A stretch of 62,673 bases of DNA, the filler included. It is 10 parts of 10 records of this genome, joined end to end, with 100 filler letters (N's around TTAATTAATTAA, not from the genome) between each part and the next. Parts side by side here need not be neighbours in the genome. Positions count along the whole stretch, not along the records: positions 4,137 to 17,765 come from SRR7504441_2535; positions 17,866 to 33,094 come from SRR7504441_2536; 8 more parts are not named here. One strand, written 5' to 3'. The notes below the pieces were generated by a model. That model saw nothing but the letters and a program-made list of their open reading frames with translations. It did no database searches and was not told where the DNA came from. Below, one piece after another: positions 10,621 through 21,021 of this stretch; position 1 is the first letter of the stretch; every line of letters starts with the position of its first letter. Both the position numbers and the translations under genes were made by a program.

Positions 10621-12197
10621 TTGTGCTCCTGGTCGGGCTCATTTGCGCAGCCCTCACCAGCGGTGCACCTCCACCGCTCGGGCATCGAGTGTACACCTAC
10701 GAGGCCAATGCATCGCTCATCGGGTTGGCTGCTTTCAATGCCGCCGATTCCAAGCCGGCCAACATCAGTGTAGTGAATGCCTACGGCGGCTGGCTCACTC
10801 GCTCTCTGACCGCCCTGACGGTAGAGTGCCGCGGTGCGGCCAGCGACAAGCCTGGGATTGAGGTTGCCGTGTCAAACCACCGTCCAGGCTCTGTGGCGGT
10901 GCTCGCCTGCGCCTCCGACGGCTGTGAGAAGGCGACATACATCAAATGCGCCCGAAGTTTGCCTGGGGGCGGGGCGGTGGCCACGCTGCGCTTGCCGCCG
11001 AACCTCCACTACATGGTCTTCACCGACGCTGATGGTTCGTGGGAGCAGGAGTGCTGGCCTTCGGAGTACGGGTCTTTCCCGCCGATCTCGCTCCCCATGA
11101 AGGACCCGAAGACGGAATGCACCTCGCCCACGGGCCCGGTGCCCACACCGAAGCCGCTTCCGGCGCCACCCGCCGCGGCCTACGACCTCCGGCTGGAGCC
11201 GGCCGCATCGCGACTGGCGGCAGGCGGCAGCGGCCAAGACCTGCTGCAGGCGGACATTGAGTCCTTCGCGGGGGTGGACGGAGTGACCGCGGTGACGGTG
11301 GTGATCGATGGCCGGATGGACCTCTGCGACGAGTACGACCAGTACGGCATGCAAAATCGCTCCCTGTTCCCGTGCGATTCTTCGCCGGACCTCACTAGCG
11401 TACCTGACTCGGCCCTTGGTGCGGTTGCGGACCAGATTGCCCTGGCAGTATGCGCCCACCCAGCCGTCGCCGGAGTGCAGGTGGACCTGGAGCCGTTCGG
11501 CGGTCGATTCGCGGCCCCGCTCGTTCGTTTGCTCAAGTACACAGCTGCGGCCCTAGCCGGCGGCCATGCGAGCTGCAAGGACGGATCCGGCTACCCCAAT
11601 GGGCGGTCAGTCTCAGTGTTTGCCTTTGCTGAAAGCGTGGCCGCGGCCCCGGAGCTGCTAGAGGCGCTGGGTCCGAATGGGTACGTAGTGGTCTCTGGCT
11701 ACGATCTGTACCCCAAGTCCAACGATACGGCCTTCAACACGCCTGCTGAGTACACCAGCAAGCTCCAACGACAAATCGGCGAGGCCAAGCGCACTCTTGG
11801 CTCCGGGGAGATCGGCACTGCGGCGTGCAAGGTGCCGTGGGTCCTGGGTGTGCCCATGGCCGCCAGTGCCCATGAATACGAGGAGTACCGCCCGAGCGAC
11901 AAGTACTGCGGGCCGGCATGTACAGCTTTCCACAACCCAGCAAAGATGGCCAACTATACCTCGGCGGCGATGGACGTGGTCGGAGCCAGTCTTGTGGACG
12001 CCGCTGGCCGAATCAACCAGACGAGCTGCTTTCGCGGACTGGCGCTGTGGAAGTGGGCGGCGGTGGAAGGCACTGCTGGTGCAGCTGCTGGCGGGGACTA
12101 TCCTCCGAAGTCCGGGAATACGTGGGCTCCAGTGACAGTGTCGAGGGATGCGCTGGCTGTGCTGGCGGCGCGATTGCCAGCGACCACCACGCCGTAG
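10617..12197 (+). CDS. Secreted protein, possible GH18-like TIM-barrel glycoside hydrolase
   Basis: Signal peptide MLVLLVGLICAALTSG, Pro-rich linker, AGVQVDLEP (resembles GH18 DxxDxDxE), VSGYDL and GLALWKW. Confidence 0.55.
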   Translation: MLVLLVGLICAALTSGAPPPLGHRVYTYEANASLIGLAAFNAADSKPANISVVNAYGGWLTRSLTALTVECRGAASDKPGIEVAVSNHRPGSVAVLACASDGCEKATYIKCARSLPGGGAVATLRLPPNLHYMVFTDADGSWEQECWPSEYGSFPPISLPMKDPKTECTSPTGPVPTPKPLPAPPAAAYDLRLEPAASRLAAGGSGQDLLQADIESFAGVDGVTAVTVVIDGRMDLCDEYDQYGMQNRSLFPCDSSPDLTSVPDSALGAVADQIALAVCAHPAVAGVQVDLEPFGGRFAAPLVRLLKYTAAALAGGHASCKDGSGYPNGRSVSVFAFAESVAAAPELLEALGPNGYVVVSGYDLYPKSNDTAFNTPAEYTSKLQRQIGEAKRTLGSGEIGTAACKVPWVLGVPMAASAHEYEEYRPSDKYCGPACTAFHNPAKMANYTSAAMDVVGASLVDAAGRINQTSCFRGLALWKWAAVEGTAGAAAGGDYPPKSGNTWAPVTVSRDALAVLAARLPATTTP

Positions 12198-12337
12198 CAT
12201 ACGTACTAGTTGAGGTTTGCTGATAGTTTGCTGACCGTCATACCACTTGCAAGTGCTCCCGTCATTATAGAATAGTTCCTAGAATAGTTCCTGCAAAGTC
12301 CCCGCCCGTTTTCAATAGAATAGATGCGGAATACAAA

Positions 12338-12430
12338 ACATACTTTACCTCGGCCATGGTTGGTCCTTGCTGGCGTGACCCGCTCGACGTGGGGCACTGG
12401 CGATGAGTAACGGCATTTGTGAAGCGATGC
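12338..12430. promoter_or_regulatory. Duplicated promoter module, copy 2 (upstream of the nucleoside hydrolase)
   Basis: Shares ACATACT..CCTCGGCCATGGTTGGTCCT and CTGGCGA(T)GAGTAACGGCATTT(T)GYGAAGCRATGC with 10528-10620; both copies are 93 nt. Confidence 0.8.
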
Positions 12431-13476
12431 ATAGGCTGTTCCCGTGCTTGTTGGTCTGCCTGCTCGTGCGGGCTGAGGTGCCGCACCTCATCATCGATAC
12501 GGACATGAGCACCGACTGCGACGACGTGGCTGCACTGTGCATCGCGCACCAGCTGGAGCGGCGCGGCGAAGCCCGGCTTATCGGAGTGCTGCACAACACA
12601 GGGCTCCCGACCGGAGTAGGCGCCATCTCCGTAATCAACACCTTCTACGGCCGGCCGGAGATACCGATCGGGGCGTGCAAGGGTCAGTTCGGCGCCCAAA
12701 TGGCCGGAAGCTACGTCAACGACCTTGTGCGCAGGCGAGCTCCCCCCTGCAGCCGAGCGAGCTTCTGGCGCAGGTACCCGAGTTCCATCAAGAACTACAC
12801 ACAAGTGCCGGAAGCGGTGCAGGTGTACCGGCAGGTGCTGGCCGCCCAGCCGGATCGGTCGGTAAGCGTGGTCTCGATCGGGTTCCTGACTAACCTGCGG
12901 GCGTTGCTCGGCTCGGGCCCGGACCAGCACAGCAAGCTCGACGGGAAGGTGCTGGTGGCGCGCAAGGTGGCCGAACTGGCCTGGATGGGCGGCAAGTACC
13001 CGGCCTCCAACGGAAGCCCCGAGTGGAACTTTGGGGGAGGCTACCCGATCGGGCAGAACCACTCAGTCAGCTCGTCCGCGACAGCAGCTGTGCTGGCCGA
13101 GCTCCCGACCACTGTGCGGGTGGTGTTCTCCGGGTTTGAGGTCGGAATACAGATCCAAACCGGCGGCCGTCTGAGCAGCTGCGCCAATGCGACCAACCCA
13201 TGCCGGCAGGCGTTCATAGACCATCAGGGCTACAAGAAGAGCCGCGCATCATGGGACCCAGCGACGACTCTGATGGCAGTGCGCGGCGGCGGGCAGCTTG
13301 GCAGCGTGTACACGGTGGATGGAGTAGGCGGGCGCAACACGGCAAGCCCGGTGAGCGGGGACAATGCATGGCTGAACGGCACGGGCTCCAACCAGTCTTA
13401 TGTGGAGCTAGCTTCCCCGGCCTCGGCTGTGACAATAGGAGATGCGATAGACGACCTGCTATGTGCCGGAGCTTAG
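12427..13476 (+). CDS. Secreted inosine/uridine-preferring nucleoside hydrolase family protein; probable in-frame GC-AG intron 12735-12773
   Basis: Signal peptide, IIDTDMSTDCDDVAAL, VSIGFLTNL, WMGG.YP, EWNF and SWDP motifs. Confidence 0.88.
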   Translation: MHRLFPCLLVCLLVRAEVPHLIIDTDMSTDCDDVAALCIAHQLERRGEARLIGVLHNTGLPTGVGAISVINTFYGRPEIPIGACKGQFGAQMAGSYVNDLVRRRAPPCSRASFWRRYPSSIKNYTQVPEAVQVYRQVLAAQPDRSVSVVSIGFLTNLRALLGSGPDQHSKLDGKVLVARKVAELAWMGGKYPASNGSPEWNFGGGYPIGQNHSVSSSATAAVLAELPTTVRVVFSGFEVGIQIQTGGRLSSCANATNPCRQAFIDHQGYKKSRASWDPATTLMAVRGGGQLGSVYTVDGVGGRNTASPVSGDNAWLNGTGSNQSYVELASPASAVTIGDAIDDLLCAGA

Positions 13477-13529
13477 CGACTTTAAAACTGATTTGAGCGT
13501 TTAGTGAATACGCATAAGGCATTGTATAG

Positions 13530-14423
13530 TCATCGTAACAAATTGATGTAGTCCGAAGCGATCCGGGTCACCCTCGCCATCACAGCCCGCCGGACCGCCG
13601 GTTTCATCCGGTTCCCGAACATTTGCAGGAACTTGTCCGGGTGCCACCGCCGCAGAATCCGCCTGGCCGCCTGCCGGGTCCTTTTGCTGCTCGGCAGTTC
13701 AGCAAACTCCGGAGGCCACGGCACTTCCCTCTCGTCCCGAATAACCGACTCAGCTTGGGCGAAGTGGCGCCAAGCTTGTTCTCGGCGCGCCGCCTGGGCT
13801 GAAGGGCACTGCCCGGTGCACCCGTTCCCCTCAACTTGAATGTTAAGACTGTCGACGCTCAGCCGCTTACGCTTGCCGGTGAGCCGCACCGCATACCGCC
13901 CTGCGCCCTGGTAGGCTCCCACCCGCACCCTCGTGCCGTTGAGACGCCGGCAGCGACGCAAGTCCCGGAGCTGGGCACCGCAGCGCTCCAGCGGCGCCAC
14001 TTCAGTGCCGTCTACCCACACCGGGTCGCCGGGGCGCAGCTGGCTGCACCCGCACCCGAGCTTCTCTGGCCCGTACACCGCCAGTCTGCACCGGAGCGCC
14101 GGCGTCACACTCCACTCGAGCACGCGCCCGACCGCCGCGCGAGCCGGGGTCCACTCGAGCAGCTGGACCAGACAACCCGGCGGCAGGTCCGGCGGGAGGG
14201 CCGGCGGGCTCTCGGTCGCCTCTCGCAGCAGCTCGGCTTCGGCCTCGATGCACTCCGGGGTGCCGGGCGGCGGCGACTGGCGAGAATGGCGCCGGCGGAC
14301 GCTGCGCAGCCCGGTGCCCGCCGCCCGAGGCTGGTACACGCTCCCTCGCGACATGTGCAGCCCGACAAGTGAACCAGCGGAGGAAGCCGTTGGCGCCGAC
14401 TGGCCGAGGCGCATCGGGCACAT
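13530..14423 (-). CDS. Protein with NFKBIL1-type J-like C-terminal domain (start uncertain)
   Basis: VPWPP...RRILRRWHPDKFLQMFG...VMARVTRIA, preceded by an RRLNGxRVxVxxxxGxGRYAV beta-barrel motif. Confidence 0.65.
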   Translation of the reverse strand: MCPMRLGQSAPTASSAGSLVGLHMSRGSVYQPRAAGTGLRSVRRRHSRQSPPPGTPECIEAEAELLREATESPPALPPDLPPGCLVQLLEWTPARAAVGRVLEWSVTPALRCRLAVYGPEKLGCGCSQLRPGDPVWVDGTEVAPLERCGAQLRDLRRCRRLNGTRVRVGAYQGAGRYAVRLTGKRKRLSVDSLNIQVEGNGCTGQCPSAQAARREQAWRHFAQAESVIRDEREVPWPPEFAELPSSKRTRQAARRILRRWHPDKFLQMFGNRMKPAVRRAVMARVTRIASDYINLLR

Positions 14424-14462
14424 CGCAGCGTCTAGGGCAGAGGAGCGTGATTGAGCTTTGAG

Positions 14463-15095
14463 ATGGAGGTGGAGCAGAGCGAGGCCGTGGCGGAGAGCGG
14501 GCCGGCGGCTGAGATCGACTTTGCGGAGGACTCGGGGGACGAGGTGATCAACGAGCCGACGCTGCTGGACATGCCGCTGGACGAGCTGGCCAAGATCTCC
14601 AAAGCGGAGCGCAAGCAGCAGCAAGCGTGCGCCGGGCCGCGAGCCGGGTGACCGGGCGCGCAGGGCTACTGCCCAGGCCAGCCAGGGCAAGTCCGGCAAG
14701 AAGAAGAAACAGAAAGTGCCGATGATCCAGTCACGAAAAGCCAGTGCGTGCCCCTGCCGCCTGCAGGCCTGCGCTGACTGGCCGGCAGTCAGCAAGAAAT
14801 CCCGCCGGAAGCGCGGGCAGGGCCAGCATGAGCAGACCGTTACGGTCCAGGTCGCGCGGTGCGCTCGCTTCGCCGGTTGCCGCGAATGCCGGGTCGCAGG
14901 GTTAAGCAGCCGGGCAAGAAGCGGTCGGGGAATGCAGGGGGGCAGCGGGGTGGTGGCCTGGCGCCTAAGAAGTCGGGGATCATGCCAAAGACTCCTATAC
15001 AGAAGCGGCTTGGGCTGACTCTCGATGAACTCGCTAAGGTGCTCACTGGCTGGAGGCTCATCGCTTGAGGCAGCATGTTGCAGCTCAAGCACTGA
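14463..15095 (+). CDS. Small basic protein with two UAP56-binding-motif-like peptides (possible mRNA export adaptor), 4 introns
   Basis: LLDMPLDELAK near the N-terminus and RLGLTLDELAK at the C-terminus resemble the ALYREF/UIF MDMSLDDIIK motif; the middle is K/R/G-rich. Confidence 0.55.
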
Positions 15096-15224
15096 GAGCG
15101 GCGGATGGCTAGCGATTGATGTTCTAGACAGTGACCTGGTTTGATACTCCAGCCAGTCACCCGTCCACCTTACATTATTATGCTATGCGTATATAAATAG
15201 TTTTAATTAGAACGCACTTGCGCG

Positions 15225-16667
15225 TCATCCAAACTCGATCATGGCCTTGATCTCACTAGCAATCAAGTGCACCTCCTCGCGCTCGGATTTGACCAACTTG
15301 TCGATCGAGCAGTCGTTCCTCAGCCTAACCAGGCTCCTCGCCACCTTATTGTGCCACATCAGCTTGCCTAGCGCCATCAGCAGCCGGAATTCGCACTCGT
15401 TACCTGCGTTCAGCCCCACAGCGTGCATCAGCCCGGCAGTCAGCCCCACCATGTGCTGCCTGTCTATCCGATCTATACACGGCGCGCAGTTATAAACGAC
15501 TGCGGCACTGGCTGCCACATGCGACTCATCCTCATGTGCCACATTGTCCAGCACCAGCGCCACTGTGCTGCTCACAAGGGGCTCAGCCAGCACAGTCCTC
15601 CGGCCCTGCTCCGAGCTCGCCAAGTTGGCCAGCAATCGGAGCAACATCAGCTGCAGTGCAGCTGGGGCCAGAGAGCTCGGCTGTTCGGGCCCCACCATGT
15701 CTAGCAGCCGCTGCAGGGTCTGCAACTTGGTGCAGCAGTGCTGGACCGCTAGTCCCCCGCTCCGGCCGACCACCACCCGCAGCAAATCGACCGCCGGGAA
15801 CAGCATGGGGACCGGCCAGCGGCTGATTATTGAGTCCAGCACACTGAGACCCTCACGAACCACAACGCCCTCGTCCGCCCCGTCTGTGCCCTGAGTGAGC
15901 GCCTGGGTGAGCTCCTCCAGCGCGGCCTTCTCCGGCTCATCCAGTCCGATCGGCGGGTCCAGACTGCTGTCCAGTGCGTGCAGCTTCATCGCCACCGCCG
16001 GCATGTCGGCCACAGGGAACAGCGCACGCTGCGAGCTGTTCACTAACAGCACAGAGCCGGTGTTGGCCGTGTTCGGGCTGGTGGCCGGGTTGGTCGACCC
16101 GCGGAGCAGGCGCTCCATGTTGTCTATCAACGGCCGGATCAGCTTGCCAAGCGGCGAATCGAGCACCAGTTCGGGCAGCCGTGCGATGTGCTCGGGAATG
16201 TCATGCCCAGTTAGGAAGAAGGACAGATCGGCGGTGAAATTATTACAGTTGTTGTCCAGCAGGTGGTAGGTCTCGGCCGTGTACTTGGTCTGCAGCTCAT
16301 CCAGGAACCGGCTGAGCAGCGCCAGCGGCACGCTGGTGGTCCCCATCTCGACCACGCTACTCGGGGTCCCAAACGGGGTGCATCCAGGGCTGTCGGCGGT
16401 GATCCCGGCCCCGAAGTAGAACTCTTTCCCGTAGGCCACCACCCCGGTGTGCCAGATCCCGGGGATATCTCGCCCGAGGAGCGGCTTGGCGAACTTGCGG
16501 GCCATCCCTTGGCTCACGTCGTACACGTGCAGCTTGACGCTGTTGAACGCGTAGTCCACCGGCGCCACTGGCTCCCGCAGCTCCTCGCCCCCCTCGGGCT
16601 CCATCCTCTCGCCAGTCGCTTCCTCGGGGGGCTCGGCCGGCGTGCTCCTCGGGCTTTCGGCCGGCAT
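15225..16667 (-). CDS. PPPDE (DeSI-type) peptidase plus PUL domain protein
   Basis: VKLHVYDVSQG, IWHTGVVAYGKEFYFG and YHLLDNNCNNF (His/Cys dyad); ARM-like PUL C-terminus (LFPAVDLLR, EFRLLMALG). Confidence 0.9.
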   Translation of the reverse strand: MPAESPRSTPAEPPEEATGERMEPEGGEELREPVAPVDYAFNSVKLHVYDVSQGMARKFAKPLLGRDIPGIWHTGVVAYGKEFYFGAGITADSPGCTPFGTPSSVVEMGTTSVPLALLSRFLDELQTKYTAETYHLLDNNCNNFTADLSFFLTGHDIPEHIARLPELVLDSPLGKLIRPLIDNMERLLRGSTNPATSPNTANTGSVLLVNSSQRALFPVADMPAVAMKLHALDSSLDPPIGLDEPEKAALEELTQALTQGTDGADEGVVVREGLSVLDSIISRWPVPMLFPAVDLLRVVVGRSGGLAVQHCCTKLQTLQRLLDMVGPEQPSSLAPAALQLMLLRLLANLASSEQGRRTVLAEPLVSSTVALVLDNVAHEDESHVAASAAVVYNCAPCIDRIDRQHMVGLTAGLMHAVGLNAGNECEFRLLMALGKLMWHNKVARSLVRLRNDCSIDKLVKSEREEVHLIASEIKAMIEFG

Positions 16668-16728
16668 GCCGTCTGTCCGTTGCTCGAGGTTAGATCTATT
16701 GTGGAGTCGGCTCTGCGCGACGGCCGAC

Positions 16729-17087
16729 ATGTTCATCACGGTGCGGTACGGGTACGAGGAGGAGTGCCTGTTCACGATCGACTGCCCGTGCGCCATGCTG
16801 CACGCCCGAATCTCCAAAAAGTGCCTGGCTGCTCTCCCCAGGTTCCCAGACATGCCGGCGGTAGCCAGCACGGACCTCAAGAGTGCGCCCCCGCGCTGCA
16901 GGCCGGCCACAGCGGTGCCGGCGCAGGTACTGAGGGTGGGGCGCCGGTGGGGCTGGCCAGCCTTGCCCTGGAACGGGCGCACGAGCACCTGACCGCCCGA
17001 GGCAGCTACGATCTGGTCGGGTTTGACAGTGAGTCCCGCCTGGGCCGGTCGCCGACGGGCTGGCAGGCGAGGGGAACGAGTATCCGC
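16729..17087 (+). CDS. CXorf65/C22orf15-like protein (3 exons); 3' end unresolved
   Basis: MFITVRYGYEEECLFTIDC...DLK|STEGGAPVGL...RAHEHLTARGSYDLV matches the family pattern as I recall it. Confidence 0.6.
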
Positions 17088-17439
17088 CCTCGAGACCAAC
17101 GTGCGGCTGTCGGCGCTCTTCCTGGACGGTAGCCCCGACCCCGGGGCCACGCACATCGGAGATGAGGGTGCTATGGCACTCGCTAAAGCTCTGGATATCA
17201 ACACCGGACTGACCAGGTTGGATCTGAGCGGCAACAAAATCGGCTTCCAAGGCAGCGCGGCACTGGCCGCTTCGCTGTCTCGGAACAGCAAAGTCTCGAC
17301 CAATTTCCCGTTCGAGCAGATGGCTGAACTTGTGAAAGCTCCAGGCGTACACGACCGGATGGAGGCTGTGGTCGACCAACTGCAAGGCCAACTGGATAAA
17401 TTCAAATTCGCCTCAACCGAGTCACACGCCGAACTGTAG
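17083..17439 (+). pseudogene. Ribonuclease-inhibitor-type LRR fragment ending HAEL*, lacking its own start
   Basis: ALETNVRLSALFL..HIGDEGAMALAKALDINTGLTRLDLSGNKIG; out of frame with the upstream exon unless 17101-17132 is an intron. Confidence 0.5.
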
Positions 17440-17622
17440 TGTAGCTGTAAACTGTGACCTATGGGATTCGAGTGCTGTGTGCCTATGGTTCGGCCTATCA
17501 ATATAATATTCACTCGATTGATCGTCCATAGTCGTACCGAGGCGTGAACAAACAGTATCTTAATTACAATGGAATTTCACCCGTACGAAAGCTATTCAGC
17601 TGGTGCCTCAGGCTCCTCCGGT

Positions 17623-17765
17623 TCAGGCAGCTTCTGACATAACCGTGCTTAGAATCTTAGCACCCTCATCGCTGATCTCGTTGCCACTCAGGTCGAGCCA
17701 AGTGACTGCGGAAGAGTTCTTTTCCAGCGCAGCACTCACCCAGACCACCCCCTCATCCGTGATGC
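17623..17765 (-). CDS. 3' end of an LRR protein (truncated by the gap)
   Basis: ITDEGVVWVSAALEKNSSAVTWLDLSGNEISDEGAKIL...*. Confidence 0.75.
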
Positions 17766-17865
17766 NNNNNNNNNNNNNNNNNNNNNNNNNNNNNNNNNNN
17801 NNNNNNNNNTTAATTAATTAANNNNNNNNNNNNNNNNNNNNNNNNNNNNNNNNNNNNNNNNNNNN

Positions 17866-19478
17866 GGTGCGGCCGAGCTGGTGGCGCTCGGGCAGTGGGC
17901 CTGGTCGCGGTGCCAGCCGGGCGGGCGGGCGGTGACGGCGGCGGAGAGGGAGGGGCTGATGGCCGGGCTGATGGAGCAGCTGGAGGCTGGGCCGGAGGGG
18001 GGGCTGGGGTTTGGTCAGTTTGAGGCCTGGCTCAGCCAGTCCTGCGCCGAGATTGAGGCGCCACCAGCCAGCACTGGCAGCCCCAGGCTGGGCGCTGTCG
18101 TAGAGTCGTCCTGGCAGGAGGGTCGCTATGCCGAGGCTGGGAGGGTGGCTCGGCTCGAGCAAGCCTTGACCAAGCTCACCCGACAGCACCAAGAGTGAGT
18201 CCAGCCGGCAGCCGGCCTGTCAGGCGAGGGGTAGGTCGCAAGCTTCAGTCGAGAGGCTCGAGTTTGCTCTTCAGCGCCAAGCTGATGAGACCAAGCAGGC
18301 GAATGCTGCAAAGCTGCAGATGCAGCAAAGCTGTGAAGCGCTTCAGGCCAAGGTGCGTTTGCCCAGTAGCTCCTGCTGATGAGCCTGGTGCCAGGTGGTC
18401 TCTCTGGAGCGCTCCGCGGCATCTAGGCTCTCGCCGACACAGACCGCCAGTTCTGTAACCATCCGACCGAGCCCGCCCGTAGCTAGCGCCGAGCCAGCTC
18501 AGTCGGCTTCGGCCCTCCTGTCGGGGTTTCCATCTGCGCCGACCACACAACTCTCGAGAGCTGCGCTTTCTACCACCCCAGAGCTTCGCTCTGAGGCTCC
18601 AGCTGGCTTGGGCGAGCGGAGTGCTACCTCGCCTGCAGTCTGGCCTGGTAGCTCGGCTGTAGCTGAGCTACTGGCCGAATATGGCCCCCGGATCGGAGCG
18701 CAGTGCAACCAGGACTTTGGATACATGCGCAGCACTGCGGTTCCACGCTCAAGTGCCACCTTGCCTAATGCCTGGCAGGCGCCCGCCAAATCGCCCGCGG
18801 AGCCAACTGACAATCTGCGCTGGACATCACTCATCATTCCGCAGCCGATGGAACAATTAGAGCTCCGTCAGGTCAGCTAGTGGCGAGCGATGCGCCTGAT
18901 CTGCCCGCTGCAGGTGATCGATAGGTTTAAGAAGCAGCAATCGCACTCGGTTCGCCTGACCGGCCGCACCAAAGCCACGCCAGCGCCAAGCAATGCCGTT
19001 GCCAAGCTCCGGCAGCAGTTGAAGAGGAAGCTCCGCACCACATCAACGCTCTTCCTGGCAGCTGACGCCGACCGTAGCAACCAGCTCAGTTTCAATGAGT
19101 TTTCACGAGGAGTCAAAATGATGGGAATTCAACCCACACCGGACGAGATGAAGGAGCTTTGGGATCATCTTGATAGCGATGGCGATGGCAAGATCACCTG
19201 GGACGAGCTATGCAAACTGGATCAGCTCGGCCCAAAGCCTCGGAAAGCCAATAGCCGTAACACCAGCCAGCGCACTGGGCATCAGGTTCAGAGGGCTCGG
19301 CGGCCTGCCAACAAGGGCACTCTGCCACGGACAGCGAGGTTCAGCGACCTGTTCAAGGTGCGCTGTGTGGCCTGGAAGTTTGTAACCGGGCATGCAGGGG
19401 AGTCAGATGGCAGCGACTCTTAGGACCGTGAGGAGTGGAGTGCACCCGAACTCAATGCAACACTACACACTAGCATGA
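17866..19478 (+). CDS. EF-hand calcium-binding protein, 5'-partial, spliced
   Basis: EF-hand pair DADRSNQLSFNE and DSDGDGKITWDE at about 19060-19210. Confidence 0.7.
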
Positions 19479-19893
19479 GTCTTCAGGTACAGCTCATTCT
19501 TGACGCTCTTAGGACTCGTTGCCCTCTTGGAGCATACGGTACTAAACGCGCATGTACATGTATGCGGCTTGTATCATTCGCTTGTATAGATGGCTAGAGG
19601 GCGGAGGGAGTGCAATAGTAGTTATTGTCTTGACAGCCCGTGGCTAGACTGAATAGTAGATCACGAAGTACGGGGGTATAGATCGATAGCCTACTGTACC
19701 GGTACCTTGGGTACCTGTACCGCATTGCATTCCATTGCATTCCTGCTTGCCCTGCGGCCCGGAGGACGGGCCCGGCTGGTCAAAAGGGGCGCCCCTGGAG
19801 CACATCCGCCCGTAGCTGTCCGTGAGTCGCTCCTGTTTCTGCAACAGAGTCTCTAAACCGCCTCCGAGAGGGCAACCGCGAGAGAGACCAACA

Positions 19894-20834
19894 ATGCCGG
19901 ACGAGTCGCTGGCCGGGCTGCAGGAGCGCTGGGGGCAGTGCGCGCCGGCGGTGGAGTTCAAGCCGGGCCCGGGCGGGCAGCCGGTGGCTGAGCTGTACCA
20001 CAAGGACATCGGGGCGGTCCAGCTCGATTGCGCGGCCGGCCGGCTGCTCTCGTGGGAGAGTCACTCGGGCTACCCGCGGCTGGACTCGGCCCAGCTCCAA
20101 CTCCCAGGGCTGGACGGCCCGACCGAGTGGGCGGTCGCGCACGCCGAGGGCGGGTTCGACAACACAGCCCCGTGCTCTGTCCGGCTGGAGGTGTGCGCGG
20201 CCAGCCGACCGGGGCCGACCGGCGGGCAGTGCCAGCCGCAGCCGGGGCTCAGCGGGGCGCTAACGGTTACCCTGGGGGCCTTCCTGCGGTGCGGGGCGGC
20301 GGTGGGCGGCCCGGAACCGGCGGCAGGCTGGAGCTTCAACTGGAAGGTGACTGGGAGGGCAAAGCGGCCGCCGAGCTGGTGCTTAGCATCAACGGACGAT
20401 CCAGCGACCAGCCCGGGCCAGTCCGGTTCATGGGGTGCGCCCTGCCGGACGCGGGGCGTCTGAGATGGTGCGGTGCAGGCTACAGGGCCAAAAGTATGTG
20501 GATTTGAGCAGCGGCGGCGATCCGGCGACTGAGAGTGCGGAGCAACTGCCGTTGCGGCCGGGGACCGAGCGGCAATACGACTGGGCGCCGCGAGGCAGCA
20601 AACCGCACCTGACGCTGAATATGGAGGATGGTTGCGACTCGATGATCGTGCGGCCGGAGCGGTCGCTCGGCTCGCTTACTGTGCGTTGTGACCCGGAAGC
20701 GGAGCGATGGCCTGCTTGGGTGGCCGACGGGTTTGACAGGCGGCTGAGCTGGGCGGCAGGTGCGGCTGGAGCTGGAGGGGCCGGTCAACGGGGGCAGCTG
20801 GGCGAGTTACGTTGAGCTCAAGTCTCGGTACTGA
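19894..20834 (+). CDS. Divergent galactose-mutarotase / glucose-6-phosphate 1-epimerase-like protein, 4 introns
   Basis: GPGGQPVAEL..., GRLLSW and VRFMG|LQGQKYVD recall the aldose epimerase fold; the frame is restored by 38-44 nt introns. Confidence 0.5.
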
Positions 20835-21021
20835 TGTGCGGATGCCAAGCTGGTGAGATTTCAAGGCTCGTGATACGTGGTACTCGTATGCATGATGATG
20901 CACTGACTTTGCACTCATCTCATACTCAGATGTACAACAGTGCCTTTTGCCCTCATATATACGTATATGGTGAGCGGCGGCCTCGATAAACATCACGCTC
21001 CTTTTTTTAAAGTACTTGTAA

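Noticed and set aside
13530-17513. Long overlapping antisense ORFs and N-terminal extensions in the ORF track (e.g. 520 aa, 762 aa)
   Set aside because: Shadow frames of GC-rich coding DNA running through the divergent neighbour gene; no domain content.
19745-19840. Hairpin-rich intergenic stretch (AGGGGCGCCCCT palindrome, GGCCCG...CGGGCC stem), possible ncRNA
   Set aside because: No tRNA, snRNA or snoRNA signature that I can recognise, and GC-rich DNA folds easily. An Infernal/Rfam search would be needed.
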